Shown here: one piece after another, positions 29,194 through 40,000 of the stretch
Layout of the letters: the number at the start of each line of letters is the position of its first letter
How positions within the stretch are numbered: position 1 is the first letter of the stretch
Sequence record: SRR31156797_3011
Reading direction: 5' to 3' (one strand)
Length of the DNA: 42,614 nt
Made by a program: the position numbers and the translations under genes
Notes under the pieces: generated by a model
Databases searched by the model: none
What the model was told of the DNA's origin: nothing
What the model saw: the letters and a program-made list of their open reading frames with translations, nothing else

Positions 29194-30903
29194 ATGAGCT
29201 ATAAAAACTTTAGAACAAGCATATATTGTACTCAATATGACATTGAAGCTATAGAAGACATTCAGATATTTGCTTCACAGATTCAAAACATTCTTAAATA
29301 CATGGATATTGACAAATTCTATCTTGAGACGATTCGGTCAGAACAATTAGTTGATGATATCAAAATAAGAGAAGTGAAAGCGTATGTAAATTCTATAGGT
29401 ATTAAAACATCCGGAGGCATTACGCTAAATGCAAATTATAATAAAGGATTTAAGTCACTGTGTTATTCAAATAAAAAACATATGAAAACACTGGAATATG
29501 CGATTTCATATACTGCAGGATTATTTGATGAAGTTATACTTGATGATTTCTATTTTACTAACTGCAGGTGCAAAGACTGCATTGCTAGTAAAGGGGAGAG
29601 AAGCTGGACTGAATTCAGAGTCGATAAGCTTAGGGAAACGTCTGAATGGATTATGGAAATAGCTAAAAAACGCAATCCTAATGCAGTTATTATAATAAAA
29701 TATCCAAACTGGTATGAGGATTACCAGAGAACGGGATATGATTTAATCAAAGCTCCTGATATATTTGATAGGGTATATACTGGAACTGAGGTGCGCAACA
29801 GCAAGTATACCCAGCAGTCATTGCAGCCATACTTAAGTTATTTCCTGATGCGCTATCTGGATAATGTCAGCAATAACAGAAATAATGGAGGCTGGTTCGA
29901 CACTTTTGACTGCACAAGTAATCTTAATATATTTCTTCATCAGCTGAATCTGACACTTTTTGCAAAGGCAAAAGAATCCACTATGTTCTGTTTAGGAATG
30001 CTGACAGGTTATAATGATGTTTTTATCCCTTTGGCAGGATATGCATATGAGAGAATTGATAAGATTTTAGGCGAACTGGGTAATCCTTGTGGGATATCCT
30101 GCTATAAACCTCATAATAGCTGCGGAGAGAATTATATTCATAATTATATAGGTATGCTTGGAATACCTATTGAAGCTACTGATAAATTTGATGATAAAGA
30201 GAGTACAATTATACTGACTGCAAGTGCAGCCTATGACAATCAAATTATTAGTAAAATAAAGAATTATCTGCAACAAGGCGGCAATATTATTATGACATCT
30301 GGCTTGATTGATAAACTATCAAAAAATGATAATGAGAATCAATTAACTCAACTATGTGAAGTGTATTATACTGATAGAAAAGCCGATATCGATATTATTT
30401 CTTTTGATACTCAGATATGTGCATTTGCGAATTATTCTAAAACGGCTAAAGATATCACTATTCCTCAGATTGAGTTTAGTACAAATGACGTTTGGCAGCA
30501 TGTGTGCGGTATATCAGGTGAAAAATCCTATCCTATTTTGCTGTCAACATCATATGGCTGCGGAAAACTTTGTATTATTACAATACCAGATGACTTTTGC
30601 CAGCTTTATGATTTGCCAAAGGATGCACTTGATTATATCAGAGATTCAGTCATGTATGACAGGGCTGTCAGGATTCATGCACCATCAAAAGTTTCACTAT
30701 TCACATATGATAACGGAAGTTTTGTAATTCAATCGTTCCTAGATCATAAGACTTATGTAGATATAATAATAAAGAAGGATAATTCAGCAATAGTTGATAT
30801 ATTAACTAATGAGAAACAAACAGGAATCAATATTGATGGTGAAACACATATTAGGATACTGCAAGAAGCAAGGACATATACTGCCTATCGTATAGCTGAT
30901 TAA
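29194..30903 (+). CDS. conserved hypothetical protein with glycoside-hydrolase-like (TIM barrel + GATase-like) layout
   Basis: GGAG RBS before ATG 29194. Soluble protein with VILDDFYFTNCRCKDC, IIKYPNWYE, YTGTE and GGWFD. The CxCxxC motif and C-terminal alpha/beta region recall GH42-like enzymes (inference). Confidence 0.55.
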   Translation: MSYKNFRTSIYCTQYDIEAIEDIQIFASQIQNILKYMDIDKFYLETIRSEQLVDDIKIREVKAYVNSIGIKTSGGITLNANYNKGFKSLCYSNKKHMKTLEYAISYTAGLFDEVILDDFYFTNCRCKDCIASKGERSWTEFRVDKLRETSEWIMEIAKKRNPNAVIIIKYPNWYEDYQRTGYDLIKAPDIFDRVYTGTEVRNSKYTQQSLQPYLSYFLMRYLDNVSNNRNNGGWFDTFDCTSNLNIFLHQLNLTLFAKAKESTMFCLGMLTGYNDVFIPLAGYAYERIDKILGELGNPCGISCYKPHNSCGENYIHNYIGMLGIPIEATDKFDDKESTIILTASAAYDNQIISKIKNYLQQGGNIIMTSGLIDKLSKNDNENQLTQLCEVYYTDRKADIDIISFDTQICAFANYSKTAKDITIPQIEFSTNDVWQHVCGISGEKSYPILLSTSYGCGKLCIITIPDDFCQLYDLPKDALDYIRDSVMYDRAVRIHAPSKVSLFTYDNGSFVIQSFLDHKTYVDIIIKKDNSAIVDILTNEKQTGINIDGETHIRILQEARTYTAYRIAD

Positions 30904-30913
30904 TGGTATATCC

Positions 30914-32266
30914 ATGCTTAAAATTGATAAAGGATTTATAAATACTTTCCTTAAGATAGCAATACCTATGTCGTTACAGCAGCTGATGCTTGCATCCCTC
31001 AGTATGTTAGATACGATAATGGTAGGGCAGCTAGGTGATGCTGCTATAGCAGCAGTAGGTATTGGTAATCAGGTATACTTTCTTGTTTATCTATTGCTGT
31101 TGGGAATAAGCGGTGGATGCTCATTATTTGCATCGCAGTTTTATGGTAAAGGTGACTATAGAAGCATTAAGAGTGTGATAGGTTTGGGATTGCTTATTGG
31201 TGTATTGCTTATTTCTATGTATTCTGTATTTACTATTCTTTTCCCTATTGAAGTTATTGGAATATTTACCAGCGATAATATGGTAATAGAATATGGAGCA
31301 GATTACCTTAGGATAATATCCTTCTCATTTGTAATTGTAACTATTACTACGGTCTATTCAACTGTTGTAAGAAGTACAGGAAATGCTCTCCTTCCTATGG
31401 TTATCAGCTTTTTTGGAATCGGGTTGAATACTTTTCTCAACTATATAATGATATTTGGTAAGTTTGGATTGTCACCTATGGGGGTCAGGGGAGCAGCATA
31501 CGCAACATTGATATCCAGAATTGTTGAAATGCTACTGCTTATTGTTTTGATTTATACCAGAAATAGATTAATCGCAGGAAATATAAAGGAAATGTTCACA
31601 CTCCCAAGAAAATTGATAAATAGTTTCTTGACTCAATCAGGGTTGATGATTGTCAAAGATTTAGTATGGGGATTAGGAATAACACTGTATTTAGTTATTT
31701 ATGGCAGGTTAGGGACAATGGCATTGGCTGCAACTAATATCCAACAGACAGTTGGAAATATGATGTATGTATTTATACACGGTATAGCTCAGGCGTGCCT
31801 GATACTGGTTGGACAGAAGTTAGGCGAAGGACAAAGAGATACTGCAAATGAGTATGCTATGTTCTTTACTAGAATAACTATATATGTAGCTATTGTAGTT
31901 TCTGCTGTGATGCTGCTAATACGTCCAATAATACTAATGCCATTTAATGTTTCCCAAAGCGTACGACTATTAGCAAATGATATGTTGCTAGTAAAAGGTC
32001 TTATATTTACTATAGTCTGCTATAATACTGTGGCGGTTATTGGGATAATGAGAAGCGGCGGAGATACTAAGTTCAGCTTAGTTATGGATATATTTGCAGT
32101 ATGGGGAATCGGGCTGATTTTGGCTGTTGTAACAGGATTAGTATTGAAGTTATCTGCGGCTTGGGTTTTAGCTACTATTTCTAGTCAGGAAATTTTTAAG
32201 TATTTCTGTCTGAGAAAGAGAGTTGCTTCAAAGAAGTGGATGAATAATCTGGTAAATGAATTGTAG
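30914..32266 (+). CDS. MATE-family efflux transporter
   Basis: IAIPMSLQQL, DTIMVGQLGDAAIAAVG, MGVRGAAYATLISR, RSGGDTK; about 12 TM. Confidence 0.93.
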   Translation: MLKIDKGFINTFLKIAIPMSLQQLMLASLSMLDTIMVGQLGDAAIAAVGIGNQVYFLVYLLLLGISGGCSLFASQFYGKGDYRSIKSVIGLGLLIGVLLISMYSVFTILFPIEVIGIFTSDNMVIEYGADYLRIISFSFVIVTITTVYSTVVRSTGNALLPMVISFFGIGLNTFLNYIMIFGKFGLSPMGVRGAAYATLISRIVEMLLLIVLIYTRNRLIAGNIKEMFTLPRKLINSFLTQSGLMIVKDLVWGLGITLYLVIYGRLGTMALAATNIQQTVGNMMYVFIHGIAQACLILVGQKLGEGQRDTANEYAMFFTRITIYVAIVVSAVMLLIRPIILMPFNVSQSVRLLANDMLLVKGLIFTIVCYNTVAVIGIMRSGGDTKFSLVMDIFAVWGIGLILAVVTGLVLKLSAAWVLATISSQEIFKYFCLRKRVASKKWMNNLVNEL

Positions 32267-32316
32267 ACAGTCAAGGTATTGTGATATAAAATATCTGTTA
32301 AAAAGGAGCGGGCGTT

Positions 32317-33114
32317 ATGCATACTTTTGGTACTATTTATTATGATTTGCAAAAAGCATCAATAGATACACATAAACCGTTGATGGTTCATTCATCTATG
32401 AAGGCGATTGGACAAGTTAGCGGCGGAGCTGATACGGTCATAGATGCACTAATGGCATATATGAGAGATGGATTGCTTTTGCTTCCTACTCATTCTTGGA
32501 GTGATAGCAGTCTACAAGGCGGAGTGTATGACCCAAAGATTGAACCTGCATGTGTAGGTATTATACCCAATCTGTTTATGAAAAGACCAAACGTATATCG
32601 ATCAATTCATCCTACGCATTCTGTTGCCGCTTATGGGAATAGAGCACAATCCTATGTAAGTTTTGATGATTATATACTAAATGAGCAAAAAGCTACCCCA
32701 TGCGATTGGAGAGGGTGCTTTGGGAGATTATACAGCGAGGATGCAAATATACTATTTTTGGGAGCTCCTCTTACTACTAATACTTTTCTTCATGGCGTTG
32801 AAGAATATATAGGCATAGACAACAGAATAAATAATAAGTATAGAATCATAAAAATCAAAACAGATAATAATACGGATATAGAAGTCAAGGTATACGGACA
32901 TCATTCAACTGGTGGTGATGTTTCGCAGAATTTTGATAAGATAAAGGATGCATTGCTATACAAGAATTATATGCACTATGCTAAAATAGGAGATGCAGAC
33001 TGCTATGTGCTCAAAGCAAGAGAAACAGCTGATGTTGTTATGCATTTGCTGAAAAAAGATAAGGATTTATTTCTTGACAAGAGGGAAGTGCCCAAAAGCT
33101 GGTATATGGAGTAG
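32317..33114 (+). CDS. AAC(3)/Antibiotic_NAT-family N-acetyltransferase (YokD-like)
   Basis: LMVHSSMKAIG, GGADTVIDAL, LLLPT, RSIHPTHSVAAYG, NTFLHGVEE; AAGGAG RBS. Confidence 0.9.
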   Translation: MHTFGTIYYDLQKASIDTHKPLMVHSSMKAIGQVSGGADTVIDALMAYMRDGLLLLPTHSWSDSSLQGGVYDPKIEPACVGIIPNLFMKRPNVYRSIHPTHSVAAYGNRAQSYVSFDDYILNEQKATPCDWRGCFGRLYSEDANILFLGAPLTTNTFLHGVEEYIGIDNRINNKYRIIKIKTDNNTDIEVKVYGHHSTGGDVSQNFDKIKDALLYKNYMHYAKIGDADCYVLKARETADVVMHLLKKDKDLFLDKREVPKSWYME

Positions 33115-33122
33115 AGCCAAAC

Positions 33123-33420
33123 TGTATTGCTCTACAAATACTGCATTTTTATATCAGACTAGAGGATTTAAGTCTATACTGTAAAGGACTCAATTTACTT
33201 ATTTTTGCCGCAAGACTAATGTTACTACAATAGTAAATATTTCTACCATTTCCGTTTATGAATTCTTCTGAAGAATCAAAGATTATGATGCAGAAAAATT
33301 CTGATTTTATTATTCTGAAGAAATCTCGATTACTCAAAATATCTTAACTGCTGTCTTTTCTATATTTTTTATTCGTAGTACCTTTTCATTTTCACATATT
33401 TTCATATTTTGCAGTGTGTA
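33123..33420 (-). mobile_element. decayed IS3-family element (C-terminal integrase fragment and possible right IR)
   Basis: Across stops and frameshifts the minus strand reads RKDSS*DI..VIE/FFRIIKSEFF...FDSSEEF...IYY...AK..LSPLQYR, matching the IS3 consensus RKGNCLDNAVIENFFGILKSE...YYN...LSPVQYR. TGTATTGCTC at 33123 resembles an IS3 TG...CA end. Boundaries are approximate. Confidence 0.72.
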
Positions 33421-33756
33421 AAGCATATATCTCATATTATTTGATAAAATCATACTTTAGTATGATGTTTATTTATATAGAAAATGATATTTTATATATA
33501 TTGATATAGCTAAATTAGAATAGTTTTTTATGCAACAAACTTCAATAAAGCAATATGAGAGATATAAGCGTTCTTAAATGATAAAAACTGCATGGATTAT
33601 CTATTCCTTTGTAGTGGAAATATGCCGATTAATCAGCGGGACAAACTGTACATAATTATTGGAAATCACAATGGTAAATGTGCGAGCAGTCTTTTTGTTT
33701 ACCTGTTTGGGGAAGCCGTAAATAAGAAGCAGCTATATATTATGCTTATACCCTTT

Positions 33757-33900
33757 GGGTGAGATGCCAGACTTAGGTGGATTTTTCTGGCAAAACAAGT
33801 GATAGATAATGGTTAATCATGCCATTGAGAATAGCTGAATATCGGCTGGATGATAAGAAGATTTTTATCCAGCCTATCTATCATTTATCTGGATGAGAGA
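33757..33900 (+). other. structured non-coding segment in the leader of the surface-protein gene
   Basis: Hairpin TGCCAGA/TCTGGCA. Outer stem AAGTGATAGATA (33797-33808)/TATCTATCATTT (33875-33886) encloses the AATGGT/GCCATT and GGCTGGATGA/TTATCCAGCC hairpins. Confidence 0.45.
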
Positions 33901-33972
33901 TTTGAAATATGTGTAATCAGATAAATTACTGAATTTGTGAAATGAAAAAAATTAATATATAAGGTAGAAATT

Positions 33973-36504
33973 ATGAAAAAGAGATTTATATTTATTGTTG
34001 TATTGGTATCATTTATTATTATATTGATACCTAGTGCTGCATTAGCAGACGTAGGAGAAACAGGGCAAGACTCAAATGGCTTTGCTTGGGTGGAAACACC
34101 AAACAATACAGCCAAGATAATCTATTATTCGGGATCTACAGCAGATATTGTAGTTCCCAGTACTGTTACAAATGCATTAGGTACAAGCCTAACCGTAACA
34201 GAGATTGATTCCCGTGCATTTCATTCAAGCTCTCTAACTGGCAGTGTAACTATACCAGCTGCAGTTACAACGATTAATCCTCAGGCATTTGGCTTTAATG
34301 CCAGTCTTACTGCTGTAGTGTTTGAAAGTGGAAGCGTTCTACAGTCTATTGGGGTTGATGCATTCTATGGTTGTGATTTATCAAGTATCACCATACCAGC
34401 TAGTGTTACTGAAATTCTAGATGGTGCTTTTGCGAGAAACTCAAACCTAACACAATTATTGTTCGAAAGCGGAAGCAGCCTTACATCTATAGGGCAATCT
34501 GCATTTAATGGATGTGATATAAACAGTGTAATAATACCATCTAGTGTGCAGAGTATTGGTGGTGACGCTTTCGAATCTAATTCCAGTCTAAGCAGTTTGA
34601 CATTTGAAAACGGAAGCGTTCTACAGTTTATTGGGATGGGTGCATTCAGTAACTGTAATCTATCAACTGTGACTATGCCGGATAGCCTTATATACCTGGA
34701 TAATCAAGTGTATTACAACAATCCGATGACATCATTTGTTTTGCCAAATAGCGGTACATGGGAGACAGGAATATGGGCAGGTCCTTCAACTACAGAACAT
34801 AATGCAGGTGATACTGTTACTGATTTGGAGGTATCCTATGTTCATAATCCCTCTGTAGTAATTAGCTCTACGGCACCTGACCCTGTTACCAGTGATTTTG
34901 ATATCACTATCACCTTTAGTGAAGATGTAAATGATTTTTATATTGGAGATGTTACTGTAATGAATGGAGTAGCGTACAATCTGCTTGGCAGCGGTACAAT
35001 TTATACAGCTAGTATTGCCACATCAGATGATGGTATAATAAATGTAGACATTGCTGAAAAAGTATGCGGAAATATGTATGGAGGACGAAATACCGAGGCT
35101 GTACAGCTATCCAGAACATATGATACTACAGCACCTACGGTTGAAATAACAGCACCAGATCCTGTATCTGGAATGTTTATAGCTACATTTACATTCAGCG
35201 AAGATGTAATTGGATTTGAGTTAGGCGATATAACAGTAGGGAATGGCACAGCGGCGAATCTAAGCTCAACCACCGCTACAAGTAATATATATACAGCCGA
35301 GATTACTCCATTATCAGATGGTGAAGTAACTATAGATGTTTTGGAAAGTGTCTGTCAGGACGCAGCAGGACACAATAATAGAGCTTCGCAGTATAGAGTA
35401 ATGTGTGAAACAGTTGAGCCTAGATTGGAAATTACTGCACCGGATGATACGACAAACGGTGATTTCGTAGCTACATTTACATTTAGTGAAGACGTAACAG
35501 GGTTTGAATTGAGTGATATACTTGTTACAAATGGAACACCAAGCAATTTTACAGGCAGTGGTGCGGTGTATACAGTAGATATAGCGGCTGCTCTTGGGGA
35601 TTGGGTAGATATTAATGTTGCATATGGTTCAGCACAGGATGATGCAGGAAACAACAGTCAGCATGGTGGTCTTAGGACTAGATATTGTACATTGACATAT
35701 GATTCAAACGGCGGTAGTGGCTCAGCACCACCTATTATAAAGGCAGTAGGGGCTTCAGTTACGCTTCATAATGGAGTAGGATTTACCAGAGATGGGTTTA
35801 TAATTGATGGATGGCAGATAGAATCTAATACAGTAATGCTTGGTTCTTTGGTTTATAGTGATGGTTTTGACCATACTGCAATGGCTATCTGGGCAGCAGA
35901 CAGTGATGGTGATGGTATTAGTGATGAAGATGAATTAAACTGCGGTACTTATCCAAATGATGCTGATGATATTCCTCATTTAATCGATATTAACGGTAAT
36001 GTAAGCCAATTAAACGGAGCACCTGCATCAGGTATTGAGGTAGTGCTAAACTCAACACCAAGGATAACTGTAACAGATGCAAACGGCAACTTTTCTTTCA
36101 GTAATGTTTATGCTCATGAGCATACAATATCATTTAGGAGAAGCGATTCAGTTTTAGCTTTATACACGCTTAATCTTAATAACACTGGTTCAAGCTCTGT
36201 AAGTATCACAGATGATGCATCTACAGACAGCGTAGGCGCTGTTAGCGGAACACTTGGCAGTAACGTAACTTCTCTGAATATATCCTTTGCACAAAATGGG
36301 CTAAGTCATTGGCAGATACTAGGAGCAGAATATTCATTCATACCTTTGAATACATCAGACACAAAGCTGCTTATTACGAATCCCAAAACAGGGGATGCTA
36401 ATAGAAACAATCTGTGGTGGATATGGATTCTTGCAGGCATTTGCCTGATGGGACTTGGTATCTTTACTTATCAATTCTTTAAGAGGAAACATGTAAATAG
36501 ATAA
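33973..36504 (+). CDS. sortase-anchored surface protein: BspA-type LRRs, three Ig-like repeats, InlB-B/Flg_new-like repeat, Ca-binding motif
   Basis: Signal peptide ending ALA; repeats TIPASVTEI..GAF and LQSIG..AF; three TFSEDV.GF...DI.V.NG units; LTYDSNGGSG; DSDGDGISDEDE; NPKTG + TM + KRKH tail. Confidence 0.88.
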   Translation: MKKRFIFIVVLVSFIIILIPSAALADVGETGQDSNGFAWVETPNNTAKIIYYSGSTADIVVPSTVTNALGTSLTVTEIDSRAFHSSSLTGSVTIPAAVTTINPQAFGFNASLTAVVFESGSVLQSIGVDAFYGCDLSSITIPASVTEILDGAFARNSNLTQLLFESGSSLTSIGQSAFNGCDINSVIIPSSVQSIGGDAFESNSSLSSLTFENGSVLQFIGMGAFSNCNLSTVTMPDSLIYLDNQVYYNNPMTSFVLPNSGTWETGIWAGPSTTEHNAGDTVTDLEVSYVHNPSVVISSTAPDPVTSDFDITITFSEDVNDFYIGDVTVMNGVAYNLLGSGTIYTASIATSDDGIINVDIAEKVCGNMYGGRNTEAVQLSRTYDTTAPTVEITAPDPVSGMFIATFTFSEDVIGFELGDITVGNGTAANLSSTTATSNIYTAEITPLSDGEVTIDVLESVCQDAAGHNNRASQYRVMCETVEPRLEITAPDDTTNGDFVATFTFSEDVTGFELSDILVTNGTPSNFTGSGAVYTVDIAAALGDWVDINVAYGSAQDDAGNNSQHGGLRTRYCTLTYDSNGGSGSAPPIIKAVGASVTLHNGVGFTRDGFIIDGWQIESNTVMLGSLVYSDGFDHTAMAIWAADSDGDGISDEDELNCGTYPNDADDIPHLIDINGNVSQLNGAPASGIEVVLNSTPRITVTDANGNFSFSNVYAHEHTISFRRSDSVLALYTLNLNNTGSSSVSITDDASTDSVGAVSGTLGSNVTSLNISFAQNGLSHWQILGAEYSFIPLNTSDTKLLITNPKTGDANRNNLWWIWILAGICLMGLGIFTYQFFKRKHVNR

Positions 36505-36520
36505 AAGAATAAGATTAACA

Positions 36521-36563
36521 GAAACGCTGCTTTGTATATTTTTTGTACAGGGCAGCATTTTTT
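36521..36563 (+). terminator. intrinsic terminator
   Basis: GCTGCTTTGTATA / TGTACAGGGCAGC stem followed by ATTTTTT, about 20 bp after the stop. Confidence 0.75.
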
Positions 36564-37035
36564 GATTCAAATAATTTGTCCAGAGATATTTTGGATTTAG
36601 TTAAGACAGGCACTATAAGGTGCTAAGTGGTGATTTCTTATATATACAATTATTTAAACTAAATTCATTGGAATTAACTAAACAGTATAACAATTTTAAA
36701 AACTCATTGAAACTTATTAAGTGCATTTATTTATTGTTGAAACACTATTGAAGCAGTTATTTGGCAATAGATATTATATAAACTATTTGACTCTGCGATA
36801 GTAATAATTATCTAAACCATCAGTATATACTAAGCAAGCATGAAAACGACCACTAATTATATAATAATACCTCAAATACATAATAATGCAAATAAAGAAT
36901 ATAATTATATAGTTTGATAAAATAAGATAAATAATGTAATATATTAATATAGTGTTTAATTTTATTGTATTAATGTATATAATTAATATATGTATTATTA
37001 AGAAAAATATGGCAATATATTAAGGGAGAAGGATT

Positions 37036-40000
37036 GTGTATAAATTGATACGAATATGGAAAACTCTTATTATACTGTGCTTAATCTGGTTAGCCGGATT
37101 TATTTTTTCAAGTCCAGCTTTGGCAATTGGTATCATTCAGATTAGCAGCAGTGATTTCACGTCTGCTCAGACAGAGTACAATATGTATACTGATGCTGAT
37201 GGAACCAATTTTACAGTAACATATATACCGCCTTCAACGGGTACGGATGAAACAGTATTGGTAGTAAAGTGCCCGGAATATGGTGCGCGATTTGCAGTTA
37301 CACCAGTTCTTCACGGTGCTATTATTGACGCACAATATCTGAACAGTGAACATACAGAAATAGCTGTGGTTATAAGTGATGGTGAAACTAATGATGTTAC
37401 AATTGAGTTTACACTGGAAACGGCAATGCTTTCACAAGCAGATGCCATTACATGGATGGACACAGGCAGCCTGACAACATCAATTTCTGCAACAGAATAC
37501 AAAGGAACTGTATCAGGGGGAGTATTGACTGAGGATACTTCATTTACAGGAGCTGATTTTACATTCTGTACAATGAGTCCGGAGAGTACAGGAAGCACAT
37601 CGGTTAGTAATACACATTCATATAATTATACCGTATCATCCCAACCATTGGTTACTAACTATATGTTGCTTAATGCAGGATTGTATATAAGTAATAATGG
37701 TATTTATTGTGGTCCAAATCAGAATGGTTCTATACGATATGAAATACCAACAGTTAATAACGGCAACCCATTGATTGAAATAACAGGCATGAAGATATAT
37801 GTTCCAGACGAAAGACTGGAACTGACAGGACTGGATATAACTCAGACTTATAATGGTCTACGAAGACGTGGTCGTGTACTTGACGGCAGTGATTTTGATG
37901 AAATGTGGAATGGATGGGTAATTGGAACAAGACAAACGGAGACAAGCGGTCCGAATATAGGCAGAAGCTATTATATTATTACACCAGACAGTCGGTGGTT
38001 CAATAATGGTAACGATGATACATATACCAATGCATTCTATGGTATGCGATTTGTTTGGCAGCTTAGTGATACATCTCTTCCATTAAACTACAGCACTACA
38101 GCAGGTACGCTGACAGATTTTGATGCGCCTGACACGGAGTTAATATACCAGGAACTAAGCAGCTCAACAGGAAGCCCATCAGCAGGTACGTTTACGCATA
38201 CTGGACCTAGGGTACAAACTCGTTCACGTGTAGATGGGGAAATTACCAATGCCTATCAAAAAAATCGCAGAGATGATCTTGCATATCTATCACCAGTAGT
38301 AAAGGGAGCAGACTATTCAGATGATGTATTTTCCTACACAAATAATAATCACTGGTTAAATAGCGAAACAACTGAGAGTGTTCCTTCATATTCTAATACT
38401 GTGACACAAAAGTATGATTTTCCATATGAAATACAGCCTACATTACTGTACATCAAGCAATATAGGCATTCTCAGTTACATTACAGGGAAATAGATATGG
38501 AATTGGCATCAGTTGTATATTATACATCTGATGCACCTACAGTTGCAAAATACGCAACTACTACAGAAATAACCGCTGCAAATGAATACTTTAGTTATAC
38601 AAGCTCTACAGAACCCACTATAGCATTGGATATTCCATCAACAGAGCGAGTGCTTAGCGTTCAACTGAATTGGAATGGTTTGTCTGCACTTCAGACAGGT
38701 GGATACTATGCAATAACTGGTCCTTGTACTAACGACGCTACTACTGGTGAATTGTCTGGCACGTATCTGGAAGCTGTAGCATTTGATTATATTGTGCCTT
38801 CCGATGCATCATCAGGTCATACTCAAGTACCCTATACCATGACTGCAGGTGTTAATTACTATGATTCGAATTATATATATTTCAATGTTACTGACCCATT
38901 GCCCCCAAGGCTGGTAGGTTCCATAGGAACTGTGCCTGAAGTTAGCAGAAGCAGCGGACAGTATTCTGTTTTTGCTGAAAATACTACAAGGTCATCTTAT
39001 AATACAGGTTCATTGCATTTTAGTATCGGTGATCTTAATTCTCGTGTTTCACCTGTTGTAAATCCTGTAATTGATTTAGGAATGAAATTTGACAGACAAT
39101 ATAGTAACGGTGCATATTATAATACAAACACTATGGTTGGAATGACCGAAGCGGAGGGGATTGCTTTCTTGACAGGTACAATGACTGCTACTGAGTATCT
39201 TTCCGGCTGGGTATTTACTTATACAACTAATATGCAAACAACTGCTACTACGTATACTGTTCCTACGTTAACTGCAGATACACAGATACAGATACCATTG
39301 GCATCAGATGAGTATTTCACATCTTTATCAATGTCTTATCCTGGCGATTTTTATCTTTATGATGACTATGCTAATACTGGTTCAAACTTGTACTTAATAA
39401 AAAGTATAGATATGCAAACTCTAACGCATAATCCGTTTACGGGTGCAGCACTTAGCTCATCTTCATCGGTTTTCGGATACTGTCCAATTGTACTGCAGGC
39501 AGAATGGCAGAGTGACAATTGCTACACAACCGGTGCTCAGGAAATGGACGTGTCATATCGTGGTAATAGGTATGAAGAAGAAGGACCACAGTGTCTGATA
39601 TATTGGAACAGACAGGCAGCATTGCCTAAACCTACCACTTCGCTGGATACTACAGTTGATATAGTACCTCAGGGAGACAGCAGTCAGTTTAGTGCTGACT
39701 TTACATTAACAGGACTTGCTTCAACAAGTGATCTTCGTCCATTTAATCAGCGCTTCTATGACATATATGGGCTTACTAGTTCAACATGGAACTACCTCTG
39801 CTTAGGTATACCATGGGCGCATCAGGAAGCTGTGTATATTGAACTGACAGATAATGAATTTGTTGTAGATTTAAGTAATACATACCTATTGGGGGTTTGT
39901 GCTGACACTGCGGATGTAGAGCATGCTATAGTTACAGTCGGTTCATCAAAATATTTAAAGCTATGGTTTGCTGATAGTTATTTCAGGACTTCCAATAATG

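Noticed and set aside
32317-33114. Bona fide aminoglycoside resistance gene
   Set aside because: Only family membership is visible; chromosomal YokD-like members often have weak or unknown activity.
33600-33900. Canonical FMN, T-box, cobalamin or c-di-GMP riboswitch, raiA RNA, or group II intron
   Set aside because: Only isolated fragments match (GTGCG, GGTGAGA, GATGCCAG..GGCAAAAC, TCTGGATGAGAGA). The required cores (UGGNACC T-box, FMN P3/P6, GEMM GCAAA/GAAA arrangement, intron domain V) are absent.
36661-36760. ATTGAAAC-like words resembling CRISPR repeat ends
   Set aside because: Spacing is irregular (about 39, 30 and 11 bp), there is no full-length repeat, and no cas genes are present; this is AT-rich background.
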